Source of the DNA: an uncultured virus (IMG/VR IMGVR_UViG_3300031788_000008)
Lineage: Duplodnaviria; Heunggongvirae; Uroviricota; Caudoviricetes
Direction: 5' to 3' (one strand)
IMG/VR virus record: IMGVR_UViG_3300031788_000008
Coordinates: 1-64,000 of that record
Length of the DNA: 64,000 nucleotides
Shown here one piece after another: positions 40,651 through 50,406 of the stretch (position 1 is the stretch's first letter; each line of letters opens with the position of its first letter). The notes beneath the pieces were generated by a model. The model was not told where the DNA came from, did no database searches, and saw only the letters and a list, made by a program, of their open reading frames with translations. Made by a program: the position numbers and the translations under genes.

Positions 40651-41272
40651 AAATTTGGTGGTTATGCTTTTAGGATGCAAGCTACCTCTGACTCACGAGG
40701 CACTTAAAGCTGCGTATCGAAATGCTGTGAGACGCCTTCGCCCTGACTTAGCCAACAATAAGCAGAATGACGAAGAATTCATTCACATGAAGGATTTGTA
40801 TTCAGCGTTGCTGGATCAAGAGCCGATTTGGGCGTTTGTAGACAGTCTTCCCTTAACAAAAACTGTCGAAGGTACTCCCCTAAATGACCTGGGTTTGGGT
40901 CTGGGTTCTCGAAAAAACGGAACTGATTGCAAGGATTGTAACCACAAAGGGTACACAGAACATCATCCTACGGGCTACCAGCGCTGCTCTTGGTGTTTTG
41001 CGGGGTTTGCCTACTCGCAACCTTGTCTACGCTGTAGCGGCACTGGAAATGGCCCTAAGCAGGTTCCTAATACTTGTCCCCAGTGCCTGGGTCGGGGAAT
41101 TAAGGAATTTTCTCGTGTTGTGCGGTGCGGACAATGCGATGGAAGCGGCGGGAAGCAAATTAAAGAAAAGGCAGTTGAATATCACACCTGTTACAAATGC
41201 TTAGGAACGGGTGAAATTGAAATTTTCAATCCAGTGATTCCAAAAGGGGTTTTAATAGGAAAAGAAAGGTAG
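40613..41272 (+). CDS. DnaJ-like protein: J-domain plus CxxCxGxG zinc-finger repeats
   Basis: LKAAYRNAVRRLRPD...EEFIHMKDLYSAL J-domain pattern, followed by six CxxC/CxxCxGxG motifs. Confidence 0.75.
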   Translation: MKKLEKLEQREAENLVVMLLGCKLPLTHEALKAAYRNAVRRLRPDLANNKQNDEEFIHMKDLYSALLDQEPIWAFVDSLPLTKTVEGTPLNDLGLGLGSRKNGTDCKDCNHKGYTEHHPTGYQRCSWCFAGFAYSQPCLRCSGTGNGPKQVPNTCPQCLGRGIKEFSRVVRCGQCDGSGGKQIKEKAVEYHTCYKCLGTGEIEIFNPVIPKGVLIGKER

Positions 41273-41278
41273 AAAAAT

Positions 41279-41542
41279 ATGGCGGAACATATGAATCAAA
41301 CAGTAGAGCCAGAGTTGGATGGTTTCAATCGCATGGGTAAGCCGCTCAGTGAACAAGCAAGGAGCGCAGCCTATGAGCATTGTAAGGCAATGGGACTTAA
41401 TTCAGCGCGGGCGTGGGAATGCGTCAGCTCAATAGCAAATCAACTGGAGCATGATAAGCCTTATGAGGCTCAAGCTGCCGGGATGAGGTTTCTCGATTTG
41501 ACTGGAACCTATCGCCTGATGGCTGTTCTACTAACAGCATAG
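41279..41542 (+). CDS. hypothetical protein
   Basis: 87-aa ORF bracketed by a 15-bp direct repeat. Confidence 0.6.
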   Translation: MAEHMNQTVEPELDGFNRMGKPLSEQARSAAYEHCKAMGLNSARAWECVSSIANQLEHDKPYEAQAAGMRFLDLTGTYRLMAVLLTA

Positions 41543-41577
41543 CAAAAGAAGGGTAGAAAAATATGGAGAGAAACTAA

Positions 41578-41958
41578 ATGATAGTCACCATCTTGGCATA
41601 CAAGTCGGACGGCGTGGATGTCTGCCATGGCTGTGTCATGGCACACTATTCCTCGGACTTTCAATGGAAATCCTCTATGGATCGAGGAGAGATCGCCGAG
41701 TTCCTCGCGGGTCTCATGTTCGACAACAAGCATCTCGACACAAACGAGGGCGGGTACGAATTCACGTTCCTCTTCAACGGCGAAGAGAATAATGGTGAAT
41801 GGGATTCGGCCGTCCTCAGAAGTGAGATAGAGGAGAAAGCCACAGCGCTTTACAATCTTAAGGAGATCGACTTCCAACGGAAGGACGCCGAATCCAAGAA
41901 GCGATCCGCCGACAATGTTGGGCAAGAGGCAAATGGTGGAATCGTTAGTATTCAATAG
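41578..41958 (+). CDS. hypothetical protein (GC-richer codon usage)
   Basis: 126-aa ORF with many C/G-ending codons, unlike its neighbours. Confidence 0.6.
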   Translation: MIVTILAYKSDGVDVCHGCVMAHYSSDFQWKSSMDRGEIAEFLAGLMFDNKHLDTNEGGYEFTFLFNGEENNGEWDSAVLRSEIEEKATALYNLKEIDFQRKDAESKKRSADNVGQEANGGIVSIQ

Positions 41959-41960
41959 AC

Positions 41961-42254
41961 ATGCTTCCTACGCGTCGTCAAAAAAAGCGAATCCCTAAAG
42001 CAAAAGATATTGTTCTGATGATGCGAGCCTTATCCGCATGTATTCCTATGCACGCTCGTCCGAACCATGGTTTGCGCGAGTCTTTGAAAGGGGTTGTAAA
42101 CTACCGTTTTCAATGCATTACCTATGATGTGGATTGGACGGTTGATGTATATCATGGAGATTTTTTTGTTGTAGGGGCTCGCAATTTTAATCAACCCTGT
42201 CCTTCGGTGTCATCTGCTATTAAACATTTGCGGCGTATGTTAGGATTAAAGTAA
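41961..42254 (+). CDS. hypothetical protein
   Basis: 97-aa basic ORF in a tightly packed operon. Confidence 0.5.
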   Translation: MLPTRRQKKRIPKAKDIVLMMRALSACIPMHARPNHGLRESLKGVVNYRFQCITYDVDWTVDVYHGDFFVVGARNFNQPCPSVSSAIKHLRRMLGLK

Positions 42255-42829
42255 TGCTCATTCCTCTCGCTATAAACACAGAAGACGATATCAAAGTCAT
42301 TTTAGCCCATCAAACCCTTATAACTAAAACAGCTCAAGCAGAATGCGTGCAAGAAGCATTGATCGATGGTGTACCTAAAGCCGCTGAACAATACATAAAA
42401 GATGAATCTAAAGTGTTGGAGAAATACGCCAGGTACCCCACTCTTACAGAATACAGCCTTATGCCCAACGCCTCCAGCGCATTTAAATGGGGGGCTACTT
42501 TTGGGGTTACAGCGTTAGTAGGTATTTTGATTCTTGACGCTACTAAGCAATTGTTTGATGAAAAACCCGATTTAAAAGATGCGTATTTGCGTTATTTGAT
42601 ACAACTGGATGACCGACAAAAAACAATCAATTTAAACGACAAAGTAACTAAAGTATTTACTGTATTATCTGAACATTTTGGGATTATCTGGGGAAAAAAT
42701 GATACCATATCGCTTACAGTTGTAGGTCGGAGAGTACTGCTTCATTTGATAGATGCTCAAAAATTTGTTGAAGAGATCATTGAAGCTCATTCCCATTTAC
42801 AGCCTAAAATCCCAGATACTAGTATTTAA
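42254..42829 (+). CDS. hypothetical protein
   Basis: 191 aa, TAATG coupling; C-terminal ISLTVVGRRVL resembles a winged-helix wing. Confidence 0.6.
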   Translation: MLIPLAINTEDDIKVILAHQTLITKTAQAECVQEALIDGVPKAAEQYIKDESKVLEKYARYPTLTEYSLMPNASSAFKWGATFGVTALVGILILDATKQLFDEKPDLKDAYLRYLIQLDDRQKTINLNDKVTKVFTVLSEHFGIIWGKNDTISLTVVGRRVLLHLIDAQKFVEEIIEAHSHLQPKIPDTSI

Positions 42830-42833
42830 AGAA

Positions 42834-43307
42834 ATGAGGAAGGTATATTTAGCAGCTCCATTTGAGTGGATTGATCGAATGAAAGTATACGCACAAGAAT
42901 TGCGTACACTAGGGTTTGAAGTAACTTCTCGTTGGCTAGATGAGCAATATAAAGGCGGGGAAACGGATATAACAAATGAAGACGGAGGCACCCAGTTAGA
43001 TAAAAAAGATATTGCTATCAGTTACGCGATCAGAGATATGCGAAATATTCTTGCGTCTGATATTTTAATCGAATTTAATCCTGGAAAAGCTCTGGTGCGA
43101 AATACCCGTTTAGCAGAATTTGGAGGCGCTCTCTTTTTAGGGAAGCAATGTATTGTAATTGGTCCTGAAAATCCAAAATATAGAGACCATATCGATACCG
43201 TTTTTATATTTTTGCAGGGTGATGCGCTCCCCGATGATTTGAAGGCCGCTGGCATTAAACCAGTGAAGCATTTTCATACTTGGGAAGATTTTAAACAAAC
43301 TATATGA
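42834..43307 (+). CDS. nucleoside 2-deoxyribosyltransferase/nucleotide N-hydrolase-like protein
   Basis: KVYLAAPF, VTSRW, RDMRNILASDILI, EFGGALFLGK motifs; start set at ATG 42834. Confidence 0.75.
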   Translation: MRKVYLAAPFEWIDRMKVYAQELRTLGFEVTSRWLDEQYKGGETDITNEDGGTQLDKKDIAISYAIRDMRNILASDILIEFNPGKALVRNTRLAEFGGALFLGKQCIVIGPENPKYRDHIDTVFIFLQGDALPDDLKAAGIKPVKHFHTWEDFKQTI

Positions 43308-44086
43308 GCGTGAAGAAAACCGGTGTAATCGGAGTAGAATATCCCACCACCCCGCTTCTTTTAGAGCGAACTGTAAAAATGCACAATATTTTGATCGGCA
43401 ACGACACTACACAGATTCGTTTTGCTGAGCAATTTTTGTCTACCGTACACAACACCAAAATTTACCATCAGGAAATGCCTGTAGTTAACGATAGTCATCT
43501 TTTAGGTAAAGATGAACCTCAACTATATCTTGTAGAGCGTTCCGGCCTTATCGATATATCCCCACATGTTAAAACAAAAACAGGCATTTTTTCCACTGAT
43601 ATAATCCGGAAAGGTAGCACTGGCGTTCACGCTATTGTTCGTTTTGCGGCCCAACTTTTAGATATTAAAAAACCCGATAAAATTATAACTCAAAAAATAG
43701 CTGATGAAATTGTAGATGACATTTATGATATAAAAGCAAGTATTTGGTGGGCCGCTTGGCTTTTAAGCGGATCAGTGGTAGAAAAGAATAAATGGGTAAG
43801 ACCTTGGGAAAATTGGTTAACTTGGATGCCAAGGGATGAAGACCCCAGGTATCGACTTAATTCCCTTTACTGGGAGTTAGTAATGTGGGTTTTTGCGGCC
43901 TTAGGAGACGAACGTGGATACAAAAAAACAAAAGGGCGCTGGAACCAAAAAAAATTTGAAAATTTAATACAATTAGCTTTGCCTAAAGATAGAGTTTACA
44001 GTAGCTTAGAGGTGCTTAGTATATGGCGAGAACGCCAATATGACCCATATATTTGTATAATGAAAATATCTCAAATTTGGCGATAA
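43304..44086 (+). CDS. hypothetical protein
   Basis: 260 aa, Trp-rich, ATGA overlap. Confidence 0.6.
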   Translation: MSVKKTGVIGVEYPTTPLLLERTVKMHNILIGNDTTQIRFAEQFLSTVHNTKIYHQEMPVVNDSHLLGKDEPQLYLVERSGLIDISPHVKTKTGIFSTDIIRKGSTGVHAIVRFAAQLLDIKKPDKIITQKIADEIVDDIYDIKASIWWAAWLLSGSVVEKNKWVRPWENWLTWMPRDEDPRYRLNSLYWELVMWVFAALGDERGYKKTKGRWNQKKFENLIQLALPKDRVYSSLEVLSIWRERQYDPYICIMKISQIWR

Positions 44087-44211
44087 TTTTTTGACTATGA
44101 TACTCTTAGATATGTCGTTTGGTTACTAAGATAATCAAGCGGCATATTTGATTAATACAGCCAAGTGCAGTATTATCATGCTATGGGGATTTTTCCCCGA
44201 GGAGAAACACA

Positions 44212-44874
44212 GTGAATAAATTCGCTAATATCTTTGCGGTAATCGTCCTCATGGTCGGTGTCGCTTTTGCACAAACTACTCCAACCACAACTGCTACTGA
44301 GTATTATGGTAGCCACTTCGCTCCCTATGTTGAAGGTTTTATCACTAATACCCCCACATCCAATAACACAGTAAACGGCAGCGTAGGGGCTGGTGTGGAA
44401 TCTAACTATGAGCATCTGTACGTGGATGCTAATGGTCTTTTCAATACAACCCAAGCTACAGGCGGTGGGTACTCTGGTAGTTTTACAGCACAAGCCTATG
44501 CCAAGTTCGGATATGTATTGCTCGGCGGGGGTGCTAGTTTTGTAGAAAACTCAAACAGTTTTAGCACTTACTTCAATCATTGTGAAAAAGCGGGTGTAAA
44601 GGGTTGCGCTGTACTAGTCCAAAATTCCGCTAATCCATTCGTGGGTGGTGGTGTTCAAGTTGGTCGTTTGCGCTCTATCTTTACTTACACAATTCCTGCG
44701 GCTAATGCACTTCCTGGACAACAGCAATTCAATGTTAATACAGAATTCGCTGCAACCAAGCATATCCGTGTTGTAGTACCTGTACAGTTTACAACGTATT
44801 ATGATGGTATTGTAAGCCCCACGCATTCTGCAACTGTCGGTCAATACGGCGGCGGTGTAAAGTTGGTGTGGTAA
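44212..44874 (+). CDS. outer-membrane beta-barrel-like protein
   Basis: Signal peptide ending AFA-Q; alternating amphipathic strands; C-terminal YGGGVKLVW beta-signal; AGGAG RBS. Confidence 0.7.
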   Translation: MNKFANIFAVIVLMVGVAFAQTTPTTTATEYYGSHFAPYVEGFITNTPTSNNTVNGSVGAGVESNYEHLYVDANGLFNTTQATGGGYSGSFTAQAYAKFGYVLLGGGASFVENSNSFSTYFNHCEKAGVKGCAVLVQNSANPFVGGGVQVGRLRSIFTYTIPAANALPGQQQFNVNTEFAATKHIRVVVPVQFTTYYDGIVSPTHSATVGQYGGGVKLVW

Positions 44875-44893
44875 TTGTACTTGTTTCTTCCCT

Positions 44894-44925
44894 AAGCCCC
44901 GGATCAAACCGGGGCTTTTCTTTTT
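44894..44925 (+). terminator. intrinsic terminator
   Basis: AAGCCCCGG-ATCAAA-CCGGGGCTT then TTCTTTTT. Confidence 0.85.
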
Positions 44926-44970
44926 GCCTATAATCCCTGCAAAAGCAGTATTAAACCTAAGCAGGAAATT

Positions 44971-45336
44971 ATGGCTACAAGCAAGTCTAAAATCGGGCGT
45001 GAAGAGTTAGTATCTAAAGTTCAAAGTAGACTCAAACTCAAAACCAAGAAGGAAGCTGATTACATCATAAACGAAGTAGTAGCGGCCCTTGAGTCTACTC
45101 TTTTAAGTAACCTCCAAACAAAAGATTTCACCTTGAAGCTGAGTTCCTTCGGGAAATTTACAGTACGGCATAAAACCGGCATTGTAAGATTCATCCCATT
45201 TACCCGTGAAGTAAAACAAACAAAGAATAAAAGAAAGATTAGATTTACTCCATTGGGAGAATTGCGGAGAGCGGAACCAGAACCTGAAAGTGATCCTGTG
45301 AATTCAAAAAATGATCCAAAAGACAGTAGTAAATAA
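44971..45336 (+). CDS. HU/IHF-family DNA-binding protein
   Basis: REELVSKV...KKEADYII...LKLSSFGKFTVRHK...IRFTP histone-like fold pattern. Confidence 0.85.
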   Translation: MATSKSKIGREELVSKVQSRLKLKTKKEADYIINEVVAALESTLLSNLQTKDFTLKLSSFGKFTVRHKTGIVRFIPFTREVKQTKNKRKIRFTPLGELRRAEPEPESDPVNSKNDPKDSSK

Positions 45337-45355
45337 AAGTAGGAGAGATACAAAT

Positions 45356-46210
45356 ATGCCAATACAACAATTTGATGATGATTTCGAAAATTTACCCGTT
45401 CAAAGCACAACCAAAAGTGCTGCTGCGGCTGCCCCCGCGGTTTCAACCAAAACACATACACAAAAACCAGTAGAAAACGAAGAAGAAGAAACACCAAAAC
45501 CAAAAGTAAGTGATGATGAAGATCTTGCTACGGATTTTGACGATGAAAAAGTATATGCCCGTACGGGACAACTCAATCAATGCAGACCTGACAAGGGTAA
45601 AGCAGCACGATTCGCTTTCATCCCTAAGGATTGGTTTGCTCCACAAACAGCCAAGAACCATTTCATTGAGACGCTGGATGGCAAGGATGTAAAGAAAGGC
45701 CGCTATCGTTGTTTAACTCCTATGGGAGCGAATGCAGAGCCTCAATTTTGCTGCGTGGCCGTAGATAAAGATGGTGATGTAGAAGTTGTAGCTTTGGTTG
45801 TACGATACACAAACGCTGACCCTGTATCTGGGAAGTATGTTAAGGATGCAGAAGGCAATTGGCCGCCTATTGAGTTTGAGATTCAATTTGTACGTTTGTC
45901 TCAATTTAACATGCGCCAGATCAAGAAACTTCCTGATGAAGATAGCGATCCTTTCAAGATCGATATTGTAATGACAAATGCTGAGGGCAGGGCATTTGGT
46001 TATGAATTTAACCGTAAGTCTAACGCCCCGCGCTGGATGGGGGATCAAGCAAAGATCGATGAAGTTAAAGCAGCGGCTCAAAAGTTTATCAAGGATAACG
46101 GAAGGAAGTTGCGCTCTAAGCTCGGTCAAAAACTCAATTTAACAGAATGGAAAGCGCTTCTCTCCAAGCGAGTCGGAGAAAGTAAAATAGAAAACCTAGA
46201 AGAGCTATAA
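45356..46210 (+). CDS. probable single-stranded DNA-binding protein (gp32-like)
   Basis: AGGAG RBS before ATG 45356; acidic N-terminus; H..C..CC putative Zn ligands; sits among replication/recombination genes. Function inferred. Confidence 0.45.
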   Translation: MPIQQFDDDFENLPVQSTTKSAAAAAPAVSTKTHTQKPVENEEEETPKPKVSDDEDLATDFDDEKVYARTGQLNQCRPDKGKAARFAFIPKDWFAPQTAKNHFIETLDGKDVKKGRYRCLTPMGANAEPQFCCVAVDKDGDVEVVALVVRYTNADPVSGKYVKDAEGNWPPIEFEIQFVRLSQFNMRQIKKLPDEDSDPFKIDIVMTNAEGRAFGYEFNRKSNAPRWMGDQAKIDEVKAAAQKFIKDNGRKLRSKLGQKLNLTEWKALLSKRVGESKIENLEEL

Positions 46211-46227
46211 AACGAGGAGAAATTAAA

Positions 46228-46258
46228 GGGGTCGGAAATACTCCGACCCTATTTTTTT
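46228..46258 (+). terminator. intrinsic terminator
   Basis: GGGTCGGA-AATAC-TCCGACCC followed by TATTTTTTT. Confidence 0.75.
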
Positions 46259-46264
46259 GAAGAT

Positions 46265-47002
46265 ATGCTTATCTGCGGATTAGACTTTGAAAGTTCGGGC
46301 TTAAAAATCGAAACAATTGGTGTTACAGAAGTTGGTATTATCATATGGGATACAGTAACTCGTTCCCCTATCCGATCATTCTCTACAATTGTAGATCCCG
46401 GGCCTGATGTTATTTGGGAACCTGGCGCATTAGAAGTAAATAACCTCACTCCAGAGATATGCCGTGATCTAGGCATGCCGGATGAGGAAGCAGCTAGAAG
46501 GTCACTTCGCTGGTATGGTAGTTCGGATGTAGCTTGCGCTCATAACGGCAATAAATTTGACCGCCCTCTGTTAGAGAAGTGGGCTAAAAAATATAACTTG
46601 GATTGGCAACCCAGTAAAGTATGGATAGATACAAAAACTGATTTGGAACTACCAATAGGTAATAGCAATCGTTTGATTTACATGGCAGCAGATCGAGGAT
46701 TTTGTAACCCTTTTCCTCACCGCGCTATTTTTGATGTTATGACTATGTTAAAGGTACTTGACCATTACGATATTGATAAAGTAATGGAAATGGCCAAAAG
46801 TCCTAACCTTACTGTTAAAGCTCTTATCACTTTCGATCAAAATCAAGCGGTTAAAAATCGAGGTTACCACCCAAACTGGGAAACTAAACCCGATGGTTCA
46901 AAAGGTAAATTTCTTTACTGGTCCATGCCAATTAAAGAGTGCAAGTTAGACGCAGAGCGAATAGCTGCGCGAGCCGCGGGTTTTGAAATTGAGGTAATCT
47001 AG
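46265..47002 (+). CDS. DEDDh 3'-5' exonuclease (Pol III epsilon-like)
   Basis: ExoI GLDFESSG, ExoII AHNGNKFD, WIDT, ExoIII HRAIFD. Confidence 0.9.
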   Translation: MLICGLDFESSGLKIETIGVTEVGIIIWDTVTRSPIRSFSTIVDPGPDVIWEPGALEVNNLTPEICRDLGMPDEEAARRSLRWYGSSDVACAHNGNKFDRPLLEKWAKKYNLDWQPSKVWIDTKTDLELPIGNSNRLIYMAADRGFCNPFPHRAIFDVMTMLKVLDHYDIDKVMEMAKSPNLTVKALITFDQNQAVKNRGYHPNWETKPDGSKGKFLYWSMPIKECKLDAERIAARAAGFEIEVI

Positions 47003-47880
47003 TGGCGAAAGAAATTCTTGTTATTCCTAATATTCCAGCTCCTATGGTAATGGATCAATGGCTGGTTTTTGGTTTGGATTTATCTTTATCCCGCACCGGC
47101 TGGTCAGCATTGCATGTGAAAAAAACATCCGATCAAACCGAAGCAAAATTTTTAAAGATAGGTTCTATCAAACCCGAATCTACTAAAGCACCAGTTTGGG
47201 TTAGAAGTAAATTAATAGCTAAAGGGTTGATGGATACACTTCTAACTCCCGCAGTACGGAAGATTTTGAACACACCAAATACAGGTGTGTTATTTGTTTT
47301 TGAAGCCAGCACCCCAAAAAATGATTTCTTAAACGGTATCTCTCAAGTTGTTCGTTCGGAATTTTTTACCGATCATGCGCTTGTTTCTTACATGGAAAAT
47401 ACCCCAGATAAAGGAGACATGCATACCTGTAATAGTCCGGAATGTTGTTCCGTCGATGCTAAATATATTTACACTTTATTAGTTAACGCCAGCACTCTTC
47501 GTAATATGATGCACCTTACTCAAAGAGGGGTTAAAAACAAGAAAGAAAACATCGCCAGGGCATACGATTTTTTAAAAAAAGATGAATTTCCAGAAGTGGA
47601 TAGTGATGCTTGTGATGCTGTTCTATTGGCGATGGTAGGCCGTTATGTCTGTTCTATTTTCACAGGATTTCCGAATGAGGTTCCTGGTGTTTTCCTGGAC
47701 AAACTTTGTGATTCAAAACAAGAAATAAAAGGTAAAGGGCGCAATCAACACACTATCACTAAGGGTATATTGTATAGACCGGAATATTTTTACGCCCACC
47801 AGAATCAAAAGAGAACCTTACTCCTTAAAGACGCCAGTCAACCAGTAAAAAAGCTACAGAAAATATGGTTTGAAGTATAA
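47002..47880 (+). CDS. RuvC-like Holliday junction resolvase
   Basis: FGLDLSLSRTGW, VFE and DSDACDAVLLA acidic catalytic motifs. Confidence 0.75.
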   Translation: MAKEILVIPNIPAPMVMDQWLVFGLDLSLSRTGWSALHVKKTSDQTEAKFLKIGSIKPESTKAPVWVRSKLIAKGLMDTLLTPAVRKILNTPNTGVLFVFEASTPKNDFLNGISQVVRSEFFTDHALVSYMENTPDKGDMHTCNSPECCSVDAKYIYTLLVNASTLRNMMHLTQRGVKNKKENIARAYDFLKKDEFPEVDSDACDAVLLAMVGRYVCSIFTGFPNEVPGVFLDKLCDSKQEIKGKGRNQHTITKGILYRPEYFYAHQNQKRTLLLKDASQPVKKLQKIWFEV

Positions 47881-47944
47881 GTCAGTATTAAACTAACAGT
47901 CCAACTTAAAACCCATCGGGTAAAGCAGAGACTCAGAGGATATA

Positions 47945-49225
47945 ATGCCAAAAAAAACAGCTCCCATAGACACCCGCAATTTAACAGTTGAAGCCCGTCG
48001 AGAACTTTTTCTTAAAAGCAGAGAAGAAGATAAACCAGATTTTCAAGTACTCACCAAAGATTATGTAGATGAATTGACCCCTTACGGGTTGATCACATTT
48101 GATACTGTATTAGGCTTGGGCGGCATCGCTCGCCGCGGATGTGTGTCGCAGATACACGGCGACGAAGGCGTTGGCAAGTCCACTCTCACCTATACCATCG
48201 CTAAAAATTATCAAGAATATACTGGAGAACCATTGGGTATATTTGATTTTGAGGGCACAGGTAGACCCGCTTACTTGGAACGCATTGGATGTGACCTAGA
48301 TATGGTTAAATTGATTCAACCCATTAGCATGGAAGAATCTGTCAAGGAAACCATTCGATTGATCCGGCAAGGTTGCCGTTTCTTCATTTATGATTCGATT
48401 CCTTGCATGAACTCTATGGTAGAGGAAACCGATATTATGAGTGGCAAAGTGTTCAAAGCGAGCTATGGTAAACAAGCTCAAGTCATGGGAAATTTCTATC
48501 GAATTTTACGCCCCTATGTTCAACAAGCAGACGGGCATATGTTCATGGTTAATCAAACCAGGGCTCGTATTGACGACAGCAATGAAGCAAAGTATGCCAA
48601 TGATTACAGCTATACAAATAAAACATACCAGCTTCCAGGAGGACGTATTTCCCGCTTTACCCCATCCGTGATGATCGAAATGCGCATGGTAAAAGAAGTA
48701 AAACCCTATGATGGAAAACCTGGTATAACACCGGATAAAGATGGTTTCATTGTAGAGTCCGCTACTCCTGAGACTAAAGATAAACCATGTGTCAATAGAG
48801 TAAGAGTCCGTACCCTAAAAAATAAAGTAACGGGCGCTGGGTTTCGTGAGGGGTTCATTTGGGTTCGTCCAGCAACTCATCCTTGTCCTGGTATTGATGA
48901 TCTGATGAGTGTGCGTGAGCTGGCGCGTCATTATGGTTTCATTCAAAATAAAGGGGCTAAGTGGTTTGTCGGAAAAACAGCAGATGAGGCTATCCAGGCT
49001 TATCCCAACAAAGATGCAGCGATTGATGATTTGGTGATAAAGAAAAACCCTGAGGTACATGCGAAGTTAAAATCTCTTGTTGCAGAGGCTGTAAGGTCTG
49101 ATAGCACTGGTCGTTTTAATACAACTCTTACAACAGAAGATTTAGAGTTGCTTGAAGGAGATGATGCTCTAGCTCCAGTGGGGGTAGGTAAGAATATCGT
49201 TTCATTTGATGAGGAAGAGAACTAA
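47945..49225 (+). CDS. recA: RecA/UvsX recombinase
   Basis: DTVLGLGGIARRG, Walker A GDEGVGKST, FDFE, IYDSI, VNQTR, PGG, KNKV. Confidence 0.9.
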   Translation: MPKKTAPIDTRNLTVEARRELFLKSREEDKPDFQVLTKDYVDELTPYGLITFDTVLGLGGIARRGCVSQIHGDEGVGKSTLTYTIAKNYQEYTGEPLGIFDFEGTGRPAYLERIGCDLDMVKLIQPISMEESVKETIRLIRQGCRFFIYDSIPCMNSMVEETDIMSGKVFKASYGKQAQVMGNFYRILRPYVQQADGHMFMVNQTRARIDDSNEAKYANDYSYTNKTYQLPGGRISRFTPSVMIEMRMVKEVKPYDGKPGITPDKDGFIVESATPETKDKPCVNRVRVRTLKNKVTGAGFREGFIWVRPATHPCPGIDDLMSVRELARHYGFIQNKGAKWFVGKTADEAIQAYPNKDAAIDDLVIKKNPEVHAKLKSLVAEAVRSDSTGRFNTTLTTEDLELLEGDDALAPVGVGKNIVSFDEEEN

Positions 49226-49231
49226 TAACGA

Positions 49232-50404
49232 ATGTCTACGAGCATCAAACTATCAGGGAAAAATTTCCAGAGCTGGGATGCATTTGATTTAACGCTTGCT
49301 GGATTGACTGTATTAACTGGTCCTTCAGACACTGGGAAAAGCGCCATTTTTCGTGCTTTAAAAGGCGTATTACGAAATGAACTCCCTATTGACTGGATAC
49401 GAAATGATCAAGATGAATCTTTAGAAGTTCGACTTGAATTAGATAACCACATTGTTACAGTGAAACGCCCTCTTAAGGGTTCTACTACATACACCATTGA
49501 TGATAAAGTTTTTGCTAAACTCGCCGGTGCTATACCAGATAAAGTAAAAGAGCTTAAATTTGGTGATGTGGTTATCGGAGAATATGATGTAGACCCCATA
49601 TTTGGGCGGCAGAATAGTCCTCAGTTTCTTATTGATCCTGATACATTCAAACCTCCGGAAGTAAATGCTATTTTAGGGGCATTTGGGGGTACTGAAAAAC
49701 TTGAACACGGTAAGAAAGAAGCCAATCTACGCAAGACTCAAAAAGATGCTGAAGCTCGCACTCTAGCTGTTCAGATACGAGACGCTGAAGAACGGAAGGC
49801 CGCTTTAACCGTCCTGCAAACTCAAGGTGACAGTTTAGAGACTGTTTTGCAGGAACTGGAAGCGACTATTTTAATCGTGGAACTGGAAAATCATTGGTTA
49901 GAACAGGCTATTGCATGTCGCCAGCGTATAATCCCCCTTCGAGAAATTCAAGAAACTCTCATTTTACCCGATATTTCGGATTTAGAACTGATGTACCAGC
50001 AAATTCAAAAGGCAGACCAGGCAGCAGAAGCAACAGCTTACGCTAAATGGCTTAAAAAACCGTCTACAATCACTTCTGCGGTCGTTGGGCAGTGGGATGA
50101 GGCTAGACGGCATTGGAACCTGATCGAAGCGCTAGGAAGCACTGTAGAAGCAGGAAAGCACATCGTATCCACAGATAAGCTAAAAGCAGCTTTACAGGGC
50201 ATAGAAACTCTATATTCTGATACTGTTGGGCTTTGGGGCGGTATTAAAAGACTTGAGGTACTTGGAGCGCTACTAGACGAACTATCGGATTCGACTAATC
50301 GATTGGTCGGGGTTGAAGGTGAACTTCTGGTAGCGCAAACCGAGGCTCAAAAAGGGCTTTGCCCCAAATGTGGATCCCCAATGTTTCATGTTTGTAAAGG
50401 ATAA
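49232..50404 (+). CDS. SbcC/Rad50 (gp46-like) ATPase, N-terminal half ending at the zinc hook
   Basis: KNFQSW...GLTVLTGPSDTGKSAIFRAL Walker A, Q-loop GRQ, coiled coil, C-terminal CPKC; no signature or Walker B motif. Confidence 0.8.
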   Translation: MSTSIKLSGKNFQSWDAFDLTLAGLTVLTGPSDTGKSAIFRALKGVLRNELPIDWIRNDQDESLEVRLELDNHIVTVKRPLKGSTTYTIDDKVFAKLAGAIPDKVKELKFGDVVIGEYDVDPIFGRQNSPQFLIDPDTFKPPEVNAILGAFGGTEKLEHGKKEANLRKTQKDAEARTLAVQIRDAEERKAALTVLQTQGDSLETVLQELEATILIVELENHWLEQAIACRQRIIPLREIQETLILPDISDLELMYQQIQKADQAAEATAYAKWLKKPSTITSAVVGQWDEARRHWNLIEALGSTVEAGKHIVSTDKLKAALQGIETLYSDTVGLWGGIKRLEVLGALLDELSDSTNRLVGVEGELLVAQTEAQKGLCPKCGSPMFHVCKG

Positions 50405-50406
50405 TC

